From contig JBEVNO010000064.1 in assembly GCA_040508085.1 (NCBI GenBank), forward strand, positions 14,426 to 78,425: a DNA stretch of 64,000 bases, read 5' to 3'. This document shows, piece by piece, positions 1 through 11,929 of this stretch. A program made the translations under genes and the position numbers. Source of the DNA: Steroidobacteraceae bacterium. Lineage in GTDB: Bacteria > Pseudomonadota > Gammaproteobacteria > Steroidobacterales > Steroidobacteraceae. How positions within the stretch are numbered: position 1 is the first letter of the stretch; each line of letters opens with the position of its first letter. The notes under the pieces are model-generated. The model was not told the origin of the DNA and made no database searches. It saw nothing but the letters and a program-made list of their open reading frames with translations.

Positions 1-627
1 GTGATGCATCCGCGCAACCCGCACGCACCAACCAGCCACATGAACGTGCGGTTCTTCAGCGCCGGCGATGTTTGGTGGTTCGGCGGCGGATTCGACCTCA
101 CGCCCTACCTGCCGTATGAAGAAGACATCGTGACCTGGCACCGCGCGGCGCGCGCGGCCTGCGACCGGGTGTCGCCGGCCATCTACCCCATCGCCAGGCA
201 GCATTGCGATGAATATTTCTGGCTGAAGCATCGCGGCGAGGCGCGCGGCATCGGCGGCATATTCTATGACGACGTGAACGAGCAATGGCCCGGCATGCCG
301 CTCAACTGGGAGCAGGCTTTTGCCCTGATGCAGGCAGTGGGTGCCGCCTACCGCGATGCCCTGCAGGAAATCATGCTGCGGCGCCTGGGCACGCCATCCA
401 CCGAGCGCGAACGCAGCTACCAGCTGTACCGCCGGGGACGGTATGTGGAGTTCAACCTGGTATTCGACCGCGGCACGCTGTTCGGGCTGCAGTCCGGCGG
501 CCGCACCGAAGCCATCCTGGTATCCATGCCCCCGCAGGCCAACTGGTCTTACAAAAGCCCCGACGCCGCGCTGGATGCCAACCTGCTCCCCTACCTCACC
601 ACCCACCGCGGCCGCGACTGGCTATAA
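1..627 (+). CDS. hemF: Oxygen-dependent coproporphyrinogen-III oxidase, C-terminal ~208 aa (5' end outside window)
   Basis: The frame is open from base 1 to TAA 625-627. HemF core blocks are present: [61 protein letters not shown]. Confidence 0.9.
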   Translation: MMHPRNPHAPTSHMNVRFFSAGDVWWFGGGFDLTPYLPYEEDIVTWHRAARAACDRVSPAIYPIARQHCDEYFWLKHRGEARGIGGIFYDDVNEQWPGMPLNWEQAFALMQAVGAAYRDALQEIMLRRLGTPSTERERSYQLYRRGRYVEFNLVFDRGTLFGLQSGGRTEAILVSMPPQANWSYKSPDAALDANLLPYLTTHRGRDWL

Positions 628-1482
628 ATGGCCGAAGCGGCCGGCGTTGACGTCGTCGAAGGCAGCGACGATTTCCTCGCGGCTGTTCATCACGAACGGG
701 CCATAGCCGAAGATGGGCTCGTCGATCGGCACACCGGTCATTACCAGCAGCGTGCTGGGCTCGCGCACGGTGAGTTCGATGGCACCCCCTGCGGTACTGT
801 AGATGGCGCAGGCCCCATCGCCCAGCTGCTCCCCCGAGGCCAGCGTGATGGCCCCTTCCAGCACCGCGATGATGGCGTTGTGCCCGTCGGGCACGGGCAG
901 CGTCAGCGTCCCCGCCGTGAGCCTCGCATCCCACACATTCAGTTCGGTGAAGGTGCTGGCCGGCCCCGTCTGGGTGCCGTACTTGCCGGCGATGACGCGC
1001 AGGCGCCCGGCTCCCTCCGGCAGCTCCACCACGGGTATCGCGGCCGCTTCTATGCCCTGGTAGCGCGGCGCCGTCATCTTGTGTGCCGCCGGCAGGTTCA
1101 CCCACAGCTGCGCCAGCTTGAAGCGGCCGCCGGTGCGCGTGAAAGAATCCGAATGCAGCTCCTCGTGCATCACGCCACGGCCCGCCGTCATCCACTGCAC
1201 GCCGCCCGGCCCTATCGTGCCCCCGCTGCCCGAAGTATCCCGGTGCGAGACCTCGCCCTCATACACCAGCGTCACCGTCTCGAAGCCGCGATGCGGATGC
1301 TCGCCTACCCCGCGCTGCTGCGACCCCACGGGAAACTCGGCCGGCCCTGCATAGTCCAGCAGCAGGAACGGGCTCACCACCCGACCCAGCCTGTCATACG
1401 AAAACAAGGTCCGCGCGGGAAAGCCATCGCCCACCCAGTGCGGCGCGGGCGACGGGAATACGGCTACCACCTCGCGCGCCAT
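622..1482 (-). CDS. Pirin family (bicupin) protein
   Basis: ATG at 1482 makes an ATGA overlap with the stop of the upstream SDR. Pirin blocks are present: [23 protein letters not shown] and [14 protein letters not shown]. The first 147 codons of the 433-aa track ORF overlap the SDR gene and are not coding. Confidence 0.85.
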   Translation of the reverse strand: MAREVVAVFPSPAPHWVGDGFPARTLFSYDRLGRVVSPFLLLDYAGPAEFPVGSQQRGVGEHPHRGFETVTLVYEGEVSHRDTSGSGGTIGPGGVQWMTAGRGVMHEELHSDSFTRTGGRFKLAQLWVNLPAAHKMTAPRYQGIEAAAIPVVELPEGAGRLRVIAGKYGTQTGPASTFTELNVWDARLTAGTLTLPVPDGHNAIIAVLEGAITLASGEQLGDGACAIYSTAGGAIELTVREPSTLLVMTGVPIDEPIFGYGPFVMNSREEIVAAFDDVNAGRFGHL

Positions 1483-2222
1483 CAGCCGCGTCCCACCAGC
1501 GGCATGGCGGTCGCCATGACCGTCATGTCGAGCACATTGGCCGCCAGTGGCAGACTGGCCATGTACAGCACCGCCTCGGCCACATGCTGCACATCGAAGG
1601 TCGGCTCGGGCTTCATCGAGAAATCCGCCTGCAGCGTGCCGCTGGCCATCGGGATCCCGAGGTTCGTCTGCACATTGCCGATGTCGATCTGCCCGCAGGC
1701 GATCTGGTAGCGGCGCCCTTCCAGCGCCAGCGTCTTGGTGAGCCCGGTCACCGCGTGTTTGGAAGTGGTGTAAGCCACCTGGTAAGGCCGCGGCGTCATC
1801 GACGCGATCGAGCCGTTGTTGATGATGCGGCCGCCCTGCGGGTGCTGGGCCTTCATCGCGCGGTAGGCGGCCTGCGCCACCAGGAACATGCCAGTGATGT
1901 TGGTATTGATCACGCTCTGCCACAGCTCGAGCGAAAGATCCTCGAACGGCGTGGCGGGTGCAGCGGTGCCGGCATTGTTGAACAGCACGTCCAGCCGGCC
2001 GAAATGCCCGACCACGTGCGCCACCATGCCCTGCACCGCACTGGCGTCCGTGACATCGGCGGGAAGCACCAGCAGCTCCCCGGCTGCGGCAGCGGCAGTT
2101 TCATCGAGCGCGGCGCGACGCCGGCCGGCGATAGCCACCTGGAAACCAGCGCTGGCGAGCGCAATGGCCACTGCGCGACCGATCCCGGACCCTGCGCCCG
2201 TCACCAGAACCACCTTCGACAT
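1482..2222 (-). CDS. Short-chain dehydrogenase/reductase (classical SDR)
   Basis: Shows [13 protein letters not shown] Rossmann motif, NNAG, catalytic Ser (NNGSIAS) and YTTSKHAV (YxxxK). Confidence 0.85.
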   Translation of the reverse strand: MSKVVLVTGAGSGIGRAVAIALASAGFQVAIAGRRRAALDETAAAAAGELLVLPADVTDASAVQGMVAHVVGHFGRLDVLFNNAGTAAPATPFEDLSLELWQSVINTNITGMFLVAQAAYRAMKAQHPQGGRIINNGSIASMTPRPYQVAYTTSKHAVTGLTKTLALEGRRYQIACGQIDIGNVQTNLGIPMASGTLQADFSMKPEPTFDVQHVAEAVLYMASLPLAANVLDMTVMATAMPLVGRG

Positions 2223-2374
2223 GCCTGCTCTCCCGCTGCAATCCTCGATGCCCGCGGCAAGGTTACCCCATGCGCGCAGCGCTGCGGCAGGCCGGCCGCG
2301 TAGGAGACCTCCGGCTTCCGCCCACAGTCGCTGCGCGCTAGATTCGGACCAGATGGTCTGCGGCGCAGACCGGC

Positions 2375-3364
2375 ATGGAGCAGGCGATGAAATCCCTTCG
2401 ACGCATACTGGTGGCCATCAAGGATCCGAAGGCGCGGCGGCAACTGGCGCTGCGCAAGGCTGCCCAGCTCGCCGCCGGCAGCGGCGCGCGGCTGGAGTTG
2501 TTCCACGCCATTGCGACACCCATGTACATGGATGCCTACACACTCGAAGGCCAGTCGTTGCGCGAGACCCAGCGCCAGTGGCGCGCGCGGGCCCTGCAGC
2601 AGCTGGAGAAACTCGCCGCGCCGCTGCGCGAACAGGGTCTGGCGGTCACCGTGGGCAGCGTGTGGGATTTTCCGGCATATGAAGCGGTGATCCGCCGCGC
2701 CCAGCAAGTCGGTGCCGAACTTATCGTGGCTGAACGCCACGCCACCCGGCATGTGCTGCCGTGGCTGCTGCGATTCAACGACTGGGAGCTGCTGCGTCGC
2801 AGCCCGGTGCCGGTGCTGCTGCTGAAGCGGGCCGGCAGCTGGCGCAAGCCCGCCGTGCTGGCAGCCATCGACCCCTCGCATGGCTTCGCGAAGCCGGCGA
2901 AGCTCGATCACGGCATCCTGACGGCGGCCAGCACCGTGAACGCCGCACTTGGAGGGAAGCTGCAGGTTGCCCATGCCTGGCCCGGTTCGCTGGTCGCGAG
3001 CACGCGGCTCTCCGCCCTGACGCCCGCGCTCGCGGCGACGCTGGAGCGACGCGCGGCACGCGATGCGCGTACCGCGTTCGCAGCGTCGGTCGAGCGCTCC
3101 GGCATCACGGTCGCCAGACAGCATTTTGTGATGGGCAGTCCCGTCGATGCCATCCCGCGCGTGGTACGCAAGCAGCGCGCGGGCATCGTGGTGATGGGAG
3201 CCGTGTCGCGGTCCGGCCTGAAGCGGCTGGTGGTCGGCAATGTCGCCGAGCAGATCCTCGACGCATTGCCCTGCGACGTGCTGGTCGTGAAGCCGGCAGG
3301 CTTCAAGGCGCGCGTGCCAGCAAAGGGCCGCGGCGTGCAGCTGATTCCGACCCCCGCCTACTAG
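2375..3364 (+). CDS. Universal stress protein, tandem UspA domains (UspE-like)
   Basis: Two Usp-like halves (RRILVAIKD... and [10 protein letters not shown]...). The C-terminal block is [33 protein letters not shown]. The start could instead be ATG 2387. Confidence 0.8.
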   Translation: MEQAMKSLRRILVAIKDPKARRQLALRKAAQLAAGSGARLELFHAIATPMYMDAYTLEGQSLRETQRQWRARALQQLEKLAAPLREQGLAVTVGSVWDFPAYEAVIRRAQQVGAELIVAERHATRHVLPWLLRFNDWELLRRSPVPVLLLKRAGSWRKPAVLAAIDPSHGFAKPAKLDHGILTAASTVNAALGGKLQVAHAWPGSLVASTRLSALTPALAATLERRAARDARTAFAASVERSGITVARQHFVMGSPVDAIPRVVRKQRAGIVVMGAVSRSGLKRLVVGNVAEQILDALPCDVLVVKPAGFKARVPAKGRGVQLIPTPAY

Positions 3365-3369
3365 CCGGT

Positions 3370-4503
3370 TCAGTCCAGCAGCAAGGTGCGGTCAGCGGCT
3401 CGTGCCGCATTGCGGCCGGTCAGGGCCAGGCTCACCGCGAGCTCGCGCGCCATGATGTCCAGCGCTGCCGTGACGCCCTGCTGGCCGAGCGCGCCGAGGC
3501 CATACAGATAGGCGCGACCGCACAGCGTTGCGCTGGCACCCAGGGCCAGCGCGCGCAGGATGTCCTGGCCACAGCGGATACCGCTGTCGAGCATCACCTC
3601 GCAGCGTCCCTGCACGGCCTCGACCACCGCGGGCAGGGCGGAAATCGTCGATGGCGCGCCATCCAGCTGACGTCCGCCGTGATTGGAAACCACCAGCGCG
3701 TCGGCACCCAGATCCACCACGCGGCGCGCATCCTCCGGATCCAGGATGCCCTTGATGACCAGCTTGCCCTGCCAGCGCGCACGCACCGCCTCGATGTCAG
3801 CCCATGTCACCGAAGCATCGAACTGGCTGTGCACCCACTGCGCAAACGGCTGATTGCCGCTGCGCGCCACGGCGGCGGCCAGGTTGCCGAACTCGCGGCG
3901 CTTCGCGGTCAGCACGCTCTGGAGCCACACCGGCTTGGTGGCAATGTCCAGCGCATTGCGCAATGTCAGGCGCGGCGGCACCGCCAGGCCGTTCTTCGCG
4001 TCCCTGCGCCGCAGCCCGCCCACCGGAATATCCACGGTCATCATCAGCACCGGACAGCCTGCCTGCTCGGCGCGGTCGATGAGTTCGTAGGTGTAGCCGC
4101 GATCCTTCATCACGTACAGCTGGAACCAGAACGGTGCGGTCGTGGCTGCGCGCACGTCCTCGATGGAACAGATGGAAACGGTGCTCAGGCAGAACGGGAT
4201 GCCACGCTCCTGCGCCGCGCGCGCGGCGAGGATCTCGCCGTTGCCTCGCACCAGCCCGCACATGCCGGTGGGCGCGAGCACCAGCGGCATGGCCGCAGCC
4301 GCGCCCGCAATCGTGGTCGTCAGGTCCTGGCGGGAGACATCAACCAGCACCCGCTGCCGGAAACGCATGGCCTCGAAATCGGCGCGGTTGCGCCGCAGCG
4401 TGATCTCGTCGTACGAGCCGCCGTCCACGTATTCAAAGATGCTGCGCGGCACGCGCCGGCGGGCGAGTTCGCGCAGGTCGGCGATGCTGTTGATGACTTT
4501 CAA
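3370..4503 (-). CDS. FMN-dependent alpha-hydroxy-acid dehydrogenase/oxidase (LldD/glycolate oxidase family)
   Basis: Contains RRRVPRSIFEYVDGGSYDE, PLVLAPTG and VVSNHGGRQLD, the conserved FMN_dh blocks. The exact substrate cannot be assigned. Confidence 0.85.
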   Translation of the reverse strand: MKVINSIADLRELARRRVPRSIFEYVDGGSYDEITLRRNRADFEAMRFRQRVLVDVSRQDLTTTIAGAAAAMPLVLAPTGMCGLVRGNGEILAARAAQERGIPFCLSTVSICSIEDVRAATTAPFWFQLYVMKDRGYTYELIDRAEQAGCPVLMMTVDIPVGGLRRRDAKNGLAVPPRLTLRNALDIATKPVWLQSVLTAKRREFGNLAAAVARSGNQPFAQWVHSQFDASVTWADIEAVRARWQGKLVIKGILDPEDARRVVDLGADALVVSNHGGRQLDGAPSTISALPAVVEAVQGRCEVMLDSGIRCGQDILRALALGASATLCGRAYLYGLGALGQQGVTAALDIMARELAVSLALTGRNAARAADRTLLLD

Positions 4504-4515
4504 GCGTGCTCCAGT

Positions 4516-6009
4516 TCAGTTCACCGGCAGCGTGAATTCCGGGCCCTTGCCTGCCCCGTCCGGCCAGCGCTGCATCACGCTCTTGTAACGCGTATAGAAG
4601 CGCAGCGCCTCATCGCCATAGGCATGGTGATCACCGAACAATGACTGCTTCCAGCCGCCGAAGGAATGCCAGGCCATCGGCACCGGGATGGGTACGTTCA
4701 CACCCACCATGCCCACCTGCACACCGCGTGCAAAGGCGCGCGCCGTCGCGCCATCTGCGGTGAAACAGGCTGCGCCATTGCCGAGCGGATGCTGGTTCAC
4801 CAGCGCGACGGCCGTGGCCAGATCCGGCACCCGCACGATGCACAGCACCGGGCCGAATATTTCTTCCTGGTAGATGACATGTTCCGGCCGGACATGATCG
4901 AACACCGTGGCACCAGTGAAGAACCCCCGTTCGTAACCGGGCACCGAGGTACCCCGGCCGTCCACCACCAGCGTGGCGCCCTGTGCCACACCCTGCGCCA
5001 CATAGGCTTCGACCCTGGCCTTGTGGGCGGCAGTGATCAGCGGCCCCATCTCCACTCCCTCCACGTGGCCGGCGCCGATCCGCAGCGCGCGGGCGCGCGC
5101 CGCGATCTGCGGCACCAGCCGGTCGGCCATGTCGCCGACCGCGACCAGCACCGACACAGCCATGCAGCGCTCGCCGGCGGAACCGAAGGCTGCGCCCACC
5201 ACGGCGTCCACAACCAGGTCGACATCCGCGTCCCGCATCGCAACCAGGTGATTCTTGGCGCCGCCCAGTGCCTGAGCGCGCTTGCCCTGCGCGGTGGCCG
5301 TGGTGTGCACATGACGCGCTATCGGTGTGGAGCCCACGAAAGATGCGGCGCGCACCTCTGCGTGGGTCAGCAGGGCATCAACCGCCTGCCTGTCGCCCTG
5401 CACCACGTTGAATACGCCGTCTGGAAGTCCCGCTTCGCCCAGCCAGCTGGCCAGCAGCAGGCTGGCGGACGGATCGCGTTCGGAGGGTTTCAGTACGAAG
5501 GCATTGCCCGCCACCAGTGCGAGCGGAAACATCCACATCGGCACCATCACCGGAAAGTTGAAGGGCGTGATGCCCGCCACCACGCCCAGCGGCTGGCGCA
5601 GGTTCCAGTTGTCGATGCCGCCGCCCACGTTGTCCGAATGCTCGCCCGCCAGCAGCCGGGGCGCACCACAGGCGAATTCGAGCACTTCGATGCCGCGGGT
5701 CACCTCACCGGCGGCATCGGCCAGTACCTTGCCATGTTCGCGGGTGATGGCGGCGGCCAGTTCGCCCCGATGCTGTTCCAGCAGCTCACGGAAGCGGAAC
5801 ATCACCCGCGCGCGGCGCAGCGGCGATTGCGCGGCCCAGGCGGGCCATGCCGCCGCGGCACTGGCCACCGCCGCATCCACGGTGCCGGCGCCTGCCAGCG
5901 CCACCTGCCCGGCCACCTCGCCGGTGGCAGGGTTGAACACATCCGCCGTGGGCTCGCCGGTCACCGGTGCCAGCAGCCGGCCGTTGATGAAGTGACCGAT
6001 CCTCACCAT
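4516..6009 (-). CDS. mmsA: CoA-acylating methylmalonate-semialdehyde dehydrogenase (aldehyde dehydrogenase family)
   Basis: ATG at 6009 ([10 protein letters not shown]...). Contains [56 protein letters not shown] and GSAGERCMA. The upstream 139 codons of the track ORF overlap the next gene. Confidence 0.85.
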   Translation of the reverse strand: MVRIGHFINGRLLAPVTGEPTADVFNPATGEVAGQVALAGAGTVDAAVASAAAAWPAWAAQSPLRRARVMFRFRELLEQHRGELAAAITREHGKVLADAAGEVTRGIEVLEFACGAPRLLAGEHSDNVGGGIDNWNLRQPLGVVAGITPFNFPVMVPMWMFPLALVAGNAFVLKPSERDPSASLLLASWLGEAGLPDGVFNVVQGDRQAVDALLTHAEVRAASFVGSTPIARHVHTTATAQGKRAQALGGAKNHLVAMRDADVDLVVDAVVGAAFGSAGERCMAVSVLVAVGDMADRLVPQIAARARALRIGAGHVEGVEMGPLITAAHKARVEAYVAQGVAQGATLVVDGRGTSVPGYERGFFTGATVFDHVRPEHVIYQEEIFGPVLCIVRVPDLATAVALVNQHPLGNGAACFTADGATARAFARGVQVGMVGVNVPIPVPMAWHSFGGWKQSLFGDHHAYGDEALRFYTRYKSVMQRWPDGAGKGPEFTLPVN

Positions 6010-6746
6010 TGCAGCTGATGTGCCTGCCTGTAACCTGGATCGCCGTAGTCGACGACTTCCACCGCGCCACCGTCGCGATAGATCAGCACCCGCCCGGCAT
6101 AGTCCTCGCGCATTGCAAGGTTCACCGCGCACAGCGCGAAATCCTCGGGTGCGCCGATGCTGTCCGGCGCGATGCAGTTGACGCGGATCTTCTCCTCGTG
6201 CAGCGAGCGCAGCGCGGCAGTGAAGCGCAGGATGCCCGCCTTGGCGGCACACCATGCCGGGCGCGTCTCCTCGCCGAACCCCAGCGCCGTGCCGGCGGCC
6301 ACGTTGACCACGGTGCCACCGCGCCGCTTCAGCAGTTCGATCGCATGCCGTGTCACATACATGGTGCCCAGCAGGTTGGTATTGACGATGCGCGACCAGT
6401 AGCCCAGCGGGTCGCCATCCAGCCACGGCCCGGCCACATTGAACACCAGGTCCAGCCCACCGAACTCACGCACGGTGCGGTCGATCAAGGTCGTGACCTG
6501 CTCCTCGAGCGCCACATCGCAGCGATGCGCCAGCGCGGCCTGGCCACCGGCGCGGATGCTGGCGGCAATTTCCCCGGCCAGGGCATAGTCGATATCCGCC
6601 ACCATCACGCTGGCGCCCAGCAGCGCGCAACGCCGCGCAATGGCGGCGCCGGCACCAGACCCGCCGCCAGTCACCAGCGCAACGCGACGATCAAGGCGAC
6701 GCAAGGGCACCACATCGGCTCCCGCGGCAGGGGATGGGGGTATCAT
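6003..6746 (-). CDS. SDR-fold protein with a non-canonical active site
   Basis: Has [16 protein letters not shown] Rossmann motif and NVAG. The catalytic Ser position reads VVNVAAG and the YxxxK position reads WCAAK. The start is uncertain: in-frame GTGs at 6713/6710 would sit closer to the Rossmann motif. Confidence 0.75.
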   Translation of the reverse strand: MIPPSPAAGADVVPLRRLDRRVALVTGGGSGAGAAIARRCALLGASVMVADIDYALAGEIAASIRAGGQAALAHRCDVALEEQVTTLIDRTVREFGGLDLVFNVAGPWLDGDPLGYWSRIVNTNLLGTMYVTRHAIELLKRRGGTVVNVAAGTALGFGEETRPAWCAAKAGILRFTAALRSLHEEKIRVNCIAPDSIGAPEDFALCAVNLAMREDYAGRVLIYRDGGAVEVVDYGDPGYRQAHQLQW

Positions 6747-6774
6747 TGGATTTATCGTGGAACCGGTGAGACCA

Positions 6775-7908
6775 ATGGCGCACAGCGTACCCGATCCGGC
6801 CCGCTACGCGCGCCACCTCGCGCTGCCGGAGATTGGCAGCAGCGGTCAGCAACGGCTGGCAGACAGCGCCGTGCTGGTCATCGGTGCGGGTGGTCTGGGC
6901 TCGCCCGCGGCCATGTACCTCGCCGCCGCCGGCGTCGGCACCATCGGGCTCGTCGATCACGACCGCATCGAGATCAGCAACCTGCAGCGGCAGATCCTGT
7001 TCGACACGGATGAGATCGGCCAGGGCAAGGCCGCCACCGCGCGCGCGCGGCTGCTGGCGCTGAACCCGTCGCTGCGGGTCAACGCACATGAGGAGAAACT
7101 GGTCGCGGGCAATGTCGAACGGCTGTTCGCCTCATACGATGTGGTGATCGATGGCACTGACCGGCTGGCCACGCGCTATCTCGTCAACGACGCCTGCGTA
7201 TTGCTGGGCAAACCGCTGGTGAGCGCGGCCATCCATCGCTTTGAAGGCCAGGCGATGACATATGTGCCGGGCCGATCCCCGTGCTACCGCTGCCTGTATC
7301 CCGACAGCCCCGAGGATCTCATCCCCAGCTGTGCCACTGCCGGCGTGCTGGGCGTACTGCCGGGCGTGATGGGCAGCCTGCAAGCCACCGAGGCAATCAA
7401 GTTGCTGCTGGACATTGGTGAACCGCTCGCGGGCCGCCTGCTCATCTACGATGCCCTCGCCCTGCGCTTCGACGAATTCCGCTTCACCCGCCGCCATGAC
7501 TGCGCGGTATGCGGAGACCATCCCCGAATCACCAGCGTGTCACACCACCAGGAGCAGATTTTGAGCCAGATCACCGAATGGACGCCGCAGCAGCTGGCCG
7601 GCGAATTGAAACAGGGTGCTGATGAGCGCCTGCTGCTGGTGGATGTGCGCGAACCGCAGGAATGGGCCTCCGGCCGCCTGCCAGGCTCCATCCATATCCC
7701 GCTTGGCATGCTGCCCCAGCGGCTGCAGGAGATCCCCGCCACAGTGCTTCCAGTATTCGTCTGCGCCGGCGGCGTGCGCAGCATGGCTGCCTGCCGCCTG
7801 CTGGCTGCGCAGGGGCGCGACGCGGTGAACCTGGCTGGTGGCGTATACGCCTGGAGCGCCGTATACGGGGCGCCGCCGCCGCCCGACGACGGGCATGATC
7901 ATCACTGA
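6775..7908 (+). CDS. moeB: MoeB/ThiF-type adenylyltransferase fused to a C-terminal rhodanese domain (MoeZ-like sulfur-carrier activating enzyme)
   Basis: Contains RYARHLALPEIG..VLVIGAGGLGSPAAMYLAAAGVG..VDHDRIEISNLQRQ and CYRCLYP...CAVCG. The rhodanese part has LLVDVREPQEW and active-site loop VCAGGVRS. ATG 6775 was chosen; the upstream part of the track ORF overlaps the divergent SDR. Confidence 0.85.
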   Translation: MAHSVPDPARYARHLALPEIGSSGQQRLADSAVLVIGAGGLGSPAAMYLAAAGVGTIGLVDHDRIEISNLQRQILFDTDEIGQGKAATARARLLALNPSLRVNAHEEKLVAGNVERLFASYDVVIDGTDRLATRYLVNDACVLLGKPLVSAAIHRFEGQAMTYVPGRSPCYRCLYPDSPEDLIPSCATAGVLGVLPGVMGSLQATEAIKLLLDIGEPLAGRLLIYDALALRFDEFRFTRRHDCAVCGDHPRITSVSHHQEQILSQITEWTPQQLAGELKQGADERLLLVDVREPQEWASGRLPGSIHIPLGMLPQRLQEIPATVLPVFVCAGGVRSMAACRLLAAQGRDAVNLAGGVYAWSAVYGAPPPPDDGHDHH

Positions 7909-7931
7909 CAACGGTGAGGACGAACTCGCCG

Positions 7932-8234
7932 CTACTGCAGGTTCCTGAAGTAGCCCCGCGAGCATTCCAGCGCCGACACCAGCTGCTCCAGTCTGGCCAT
8001 CCTTGATTCATCGGGACCGGAGGCCGGCGCCTGCAGCAGCCTGCCCACCTGCTCCTGGCGTTCGGCAAACGCCTGCACCTGGAAGTTCGCCTCGCGCGAC
8101 TTCAGCACACCCCGGGAGCGCGCGCCCGCCAGCAGGCGCTGAGAGTGTTCGCACAGCGCCGAGGCCATTTTCTCGAGCGCGCGCTGTTCAAGTCGTGCGG
8201 TACTTTCAGGATCCGGGTTGACGTGGACGGCCAT
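7932..8234 (-). CDS. Hypothetical 100-aa helical protein
   Basis: It is the only ORF in this gap with balanced composition (E/K/L/Q rich, not Arg/Pro/Gly junk) and mostly G/C third positions. No family recognised. Confidence 0.4.
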   Translation of the reverse strand: MAVHVNPDPESTARLEQRALEKMASALCEHSQRLLAGARSRGVLKSREANFQVQAFAERQEQVGRLLQAPASGPDESRMARLEQLVSALECSRGYFRNLQ

Positions 8235-8318
8235 GGGCTTGCCCCGCTGATGTTGCCATCGAGCATAAGAGCGTGGCGATGACGGTACCGTGACGCAGTC
8301 GACCGAAAGCGGTGCCGT

Positions 8319-9188
8319 TCAGACCTCGGTGCCCAACCCGACCGAACGCTCGGCCGACACCAGCGTGTTGTGCAGCAGCATCGTGATGGTCATCGGCCCG
8401 ACCCCACCCGGCACCGGCGAGATCAGCGAGGCCTTCTGGCTGACGCCTGCGAAATCCACGTCGCCGACGATCCGCCCGTCTGGCAGCCGGTTGATGCCGA
8501 CGTCGATCACGACCACGCCTTCCTTCACCATGTCGGCCTTGATCAGCCCCGGCACGCCCGCGGCCACCACCAGGATATCCGCCAGCCGCGTGAACTGGCC
8601 CAGGTCGCGCGTGTATTTGTGGCAGATGCAGACGGTGGCGTCCTGCTGCATCAGCATCAGCGCCATCGGCTTGCCGACGATGTTGCTGGCGCCCACCACC
8701 ACCACGTTCTGCCCCGCAATGGGCACATGCTCGTGCTCCAGCAGCTTGGTCACGCCATAGGGCGTGCACGGCGGGAACACCGTGTTGCCCGTGATCAGGC
8801 TGCCGACGTTGTAGAGATGGAAACCGTCGACATCCTTGTCCACCGAGATGCGCTCCAGCACCCGCGGCAGGCTGATCTGCGGCGGCAGCGGCAGCTGCAC
8901 CAGGATGCCATGCACGTTCGGATCAGCATTCAGCGCGTCGATCCGCGCCATCAACTCAGGTTCCGGCGTCTCGGCAGACATCTTGTACAGCTCGGAATGG
9001 ATGCCCGCCTCGCGGCATGCCGTAACCTTGTTACGCACATACACCTGCGAGGCGGGGTTGTCGCCGACCAGGATCACCGCGATGCCCGGCTGCACGCCGT
9101 GCTCCGCCTTCAGGCGCGCGACGCGCTCTGCATACTCGGCACGGAGCTTCCGCGCCACCGCTTTTCCATCAATGATCCTGGCCGTCAT
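8319..9188 (-). CDS. folD: Bifunctional methylenetetrahydrofolate dehydrogenase / methenyl-THF cyclohydrolase
   Basis: ATG at 9188 ([12 protein letters not shown]...). Contains [49 protein letters not shown] and [11 protein letters not shown]. Confidence 0.95.
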   Translation of the reverse strand: MTARIIDGKAVARKLRAEYAERVARLKAEHGVQPGIAVILVGDNPASQVYVRNKVTACREAGIHSELYKMSAETPEPELMARIDALNADPNVHGILVQLPLPPQISLPRVLERISVDKDVDGFHLYNVGSLITGNTVFPPCTPYGVTKLLEHEHVPIAGQNVVVVGASNIVGKPMALMLMQQDATVCICHKYTRDLGQFTRLADILVVAAGVPGLIKADMVKEGVVVIDVGINRLPDGRIVGDVDFAGVSQKASLISPVPGGVGPMTITMLLHNTLVSAERSVGLGTEV

Positions 9189-9204
9189 TCTCTGAAGCTC
9201 CGTA

Positions 9205-10623
<1,419 letters not shown>

Positions 10624-10645
10624 CTGTTCCTCTCTATCTTTGGTT

Positions 10646-10720
10646 TAGAGAGCGCCGTTGAGTAACCGGGGCACCCGCCGAGCCTCGCGTCCTGATGACG
10701 CTGCAGCGCTCCTCGGCGGA
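10646..10720 (-). promoter_or_regulatory. SAH riboswitch in the ahcY leader
   Basis: The minus strand reads GCCGAGGAGCGCUGCAGCGUCAUCAGGACGCGAGGCUCGGCGGGUGCCCCGGUUACUCAACGGCGCUCUC. P1 is GCCGAG/CUCGGC and there is a hairpin GCGUC-AUCAG-GACGC. The pseudoknot pair is GAGCGC/GCGCUC, with the conserved AACGGCGCUC box directly upstream of the SD. Confidence 0.7.
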
Positions 10721-10732
10721 TGCCGCAAGGGG

Positions 10733-11905
10733 TCAGCCGGCCTTCAGGCCTGCGTCGGCGGCCAGCGCGGCCGCTTTGTCGGTCTTTTCCCAGCTGAACT
10801 CGGGCTCGCTGCGGCCGAAGTGGCCGTACGCCGCAGTCTTGCGGTAGATCGGACGCAGCAGGTCGAGCATCTGCACGATGCCCTTCGGGCGCAGGTCGAA
10901 GTGCCGCGCGATCAGCTCCTCGATCTTCTCGTCGGAAATCTTGCCGGTGCCGAAGGTGGTGGCCATGATGCTGGTGGGTTTGGCCACGCCGATGGCGTAC
11001 GAGATCTGCACCTGGCAGCGATCGGCCAGGCCCGCGGCCACCACGTTCTTGGCCACGTAGCGCGCCGCATAGGCGGCCGAGCGATCCACCTTGGTCGGGT
11101 CCTTGCCGGAGAAGGCGCCGCCGCCGTGCGGGGCCGCGCCGCCGTAGGTGTCGACGATGATCTTGCGGCCCGTCAGGCCGCAATCACCCTGCGGGCCTCC
11201 GACCACGAAGCGGCCGGTGGGATTGATGTGGTACTTGATGTCGGCGGTGAGCAGCTCTTTCGGCAACACCGGCTTCACGATCTCCTCGATCACGGCCTCG
11301 GTCAGCTCCTTGTGGCCGATCTCCGGGTGGTGCTGGGTAGACAGCACCACGGTATCGACTGCCGCGGGCTTGCCGTCGACGTACTTGATGGTGACCTGTG
11401 ATTTGGCGTCCGGACGCAGCCACGGCAGCTTGCCGTTCTTGCGCAGCATCGCCTGCCGCTCAACCAGGCGATGCGCCAGATGGATGGGCAGCGGCATCAG
11501 GTCCGGGGTCTCGCGCACGGCATAGCCGAACATCAGGCCCTGGTCGCCAGCGCCCTGGTCGAGGTCGATGCCCTTGCCCTCGTCCACGCCCTGCGCAATG
11601 TCCGGCGACTGCGTGTCGTAGGCCACCAGCACGGCGCAGCCCTTGTAGTCGATGCCGTATTCGGTGTTGTCGTAGCCGATGGCCTTGATGGTCTCGCGCG
11701 TGATCGAGTGGTAATCCACACGCGCCTTGGTGGTGATCTCACCGGCGAGCACCACGAGGCCGGTATTGCACAAGGTCTCGGCGGCGACGCGCGCCGTCCT
11801 GTCTTCCGCCAGGATGGCATCGAGGATGGCGTCGGATATCTGGTCCGCAACCTTGTCCGGATGTCCTTCCGATACCGACTCCGAAGTGAACAGATAGTGG
11901 CTCAT
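10733..11905 (-). CDS. metK: S-adenosylmethionine synthetase
   Basis: Contains [36 protein letters not shown] and [19 protein letters not shown]. Confidence 0.95.
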   Translation of the reverse strand: MSHYLFTSESVSEGHPDKVADQISDAILDAILAEDRTARVAAETLCNTGLVVLAGEITTKARVDYHSITRETIKAIGYDNTEYGIDYKGCAVLVAYDTQSPDIAQGVDEGKGIDLDQGAGDQGLMFGYAVRETPDLMPLPIHLAHRLVERQAMLRKNGKLPWLRPDAKSQVTIKYVDGKPAAVDTVVLSTQHHPEIGHKELTEAVIEEIVKPVLPKELLTADIKYHINPTGRFVVGGPQGDCGLTGRKIIVDTYGGAAPHGGGAFSGKDPTKVDRSAAYAARYVAKNVVAAGLADRCQVQISYAIGVAKPTSIMATTFGTGKISDEKIEELIARHFDLRPKGIVQMLDLLRPIYRKTAAYGHFGRSEPEFSWEKTDKAAALAADAGLKAG

Positions 11906-11929
11906 GCCTTGATTCCTGCTTGCAAAGGA

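Noticed and set aside
11906-11929. Possible SAM riboswitch upstream of metK
   Set aside because: Only 24 nt separate metK from the preceding gene, which is too short for any SAM-riboswitch class. No conserved SAM-II/SAM-V-like pseudoknot is seen.
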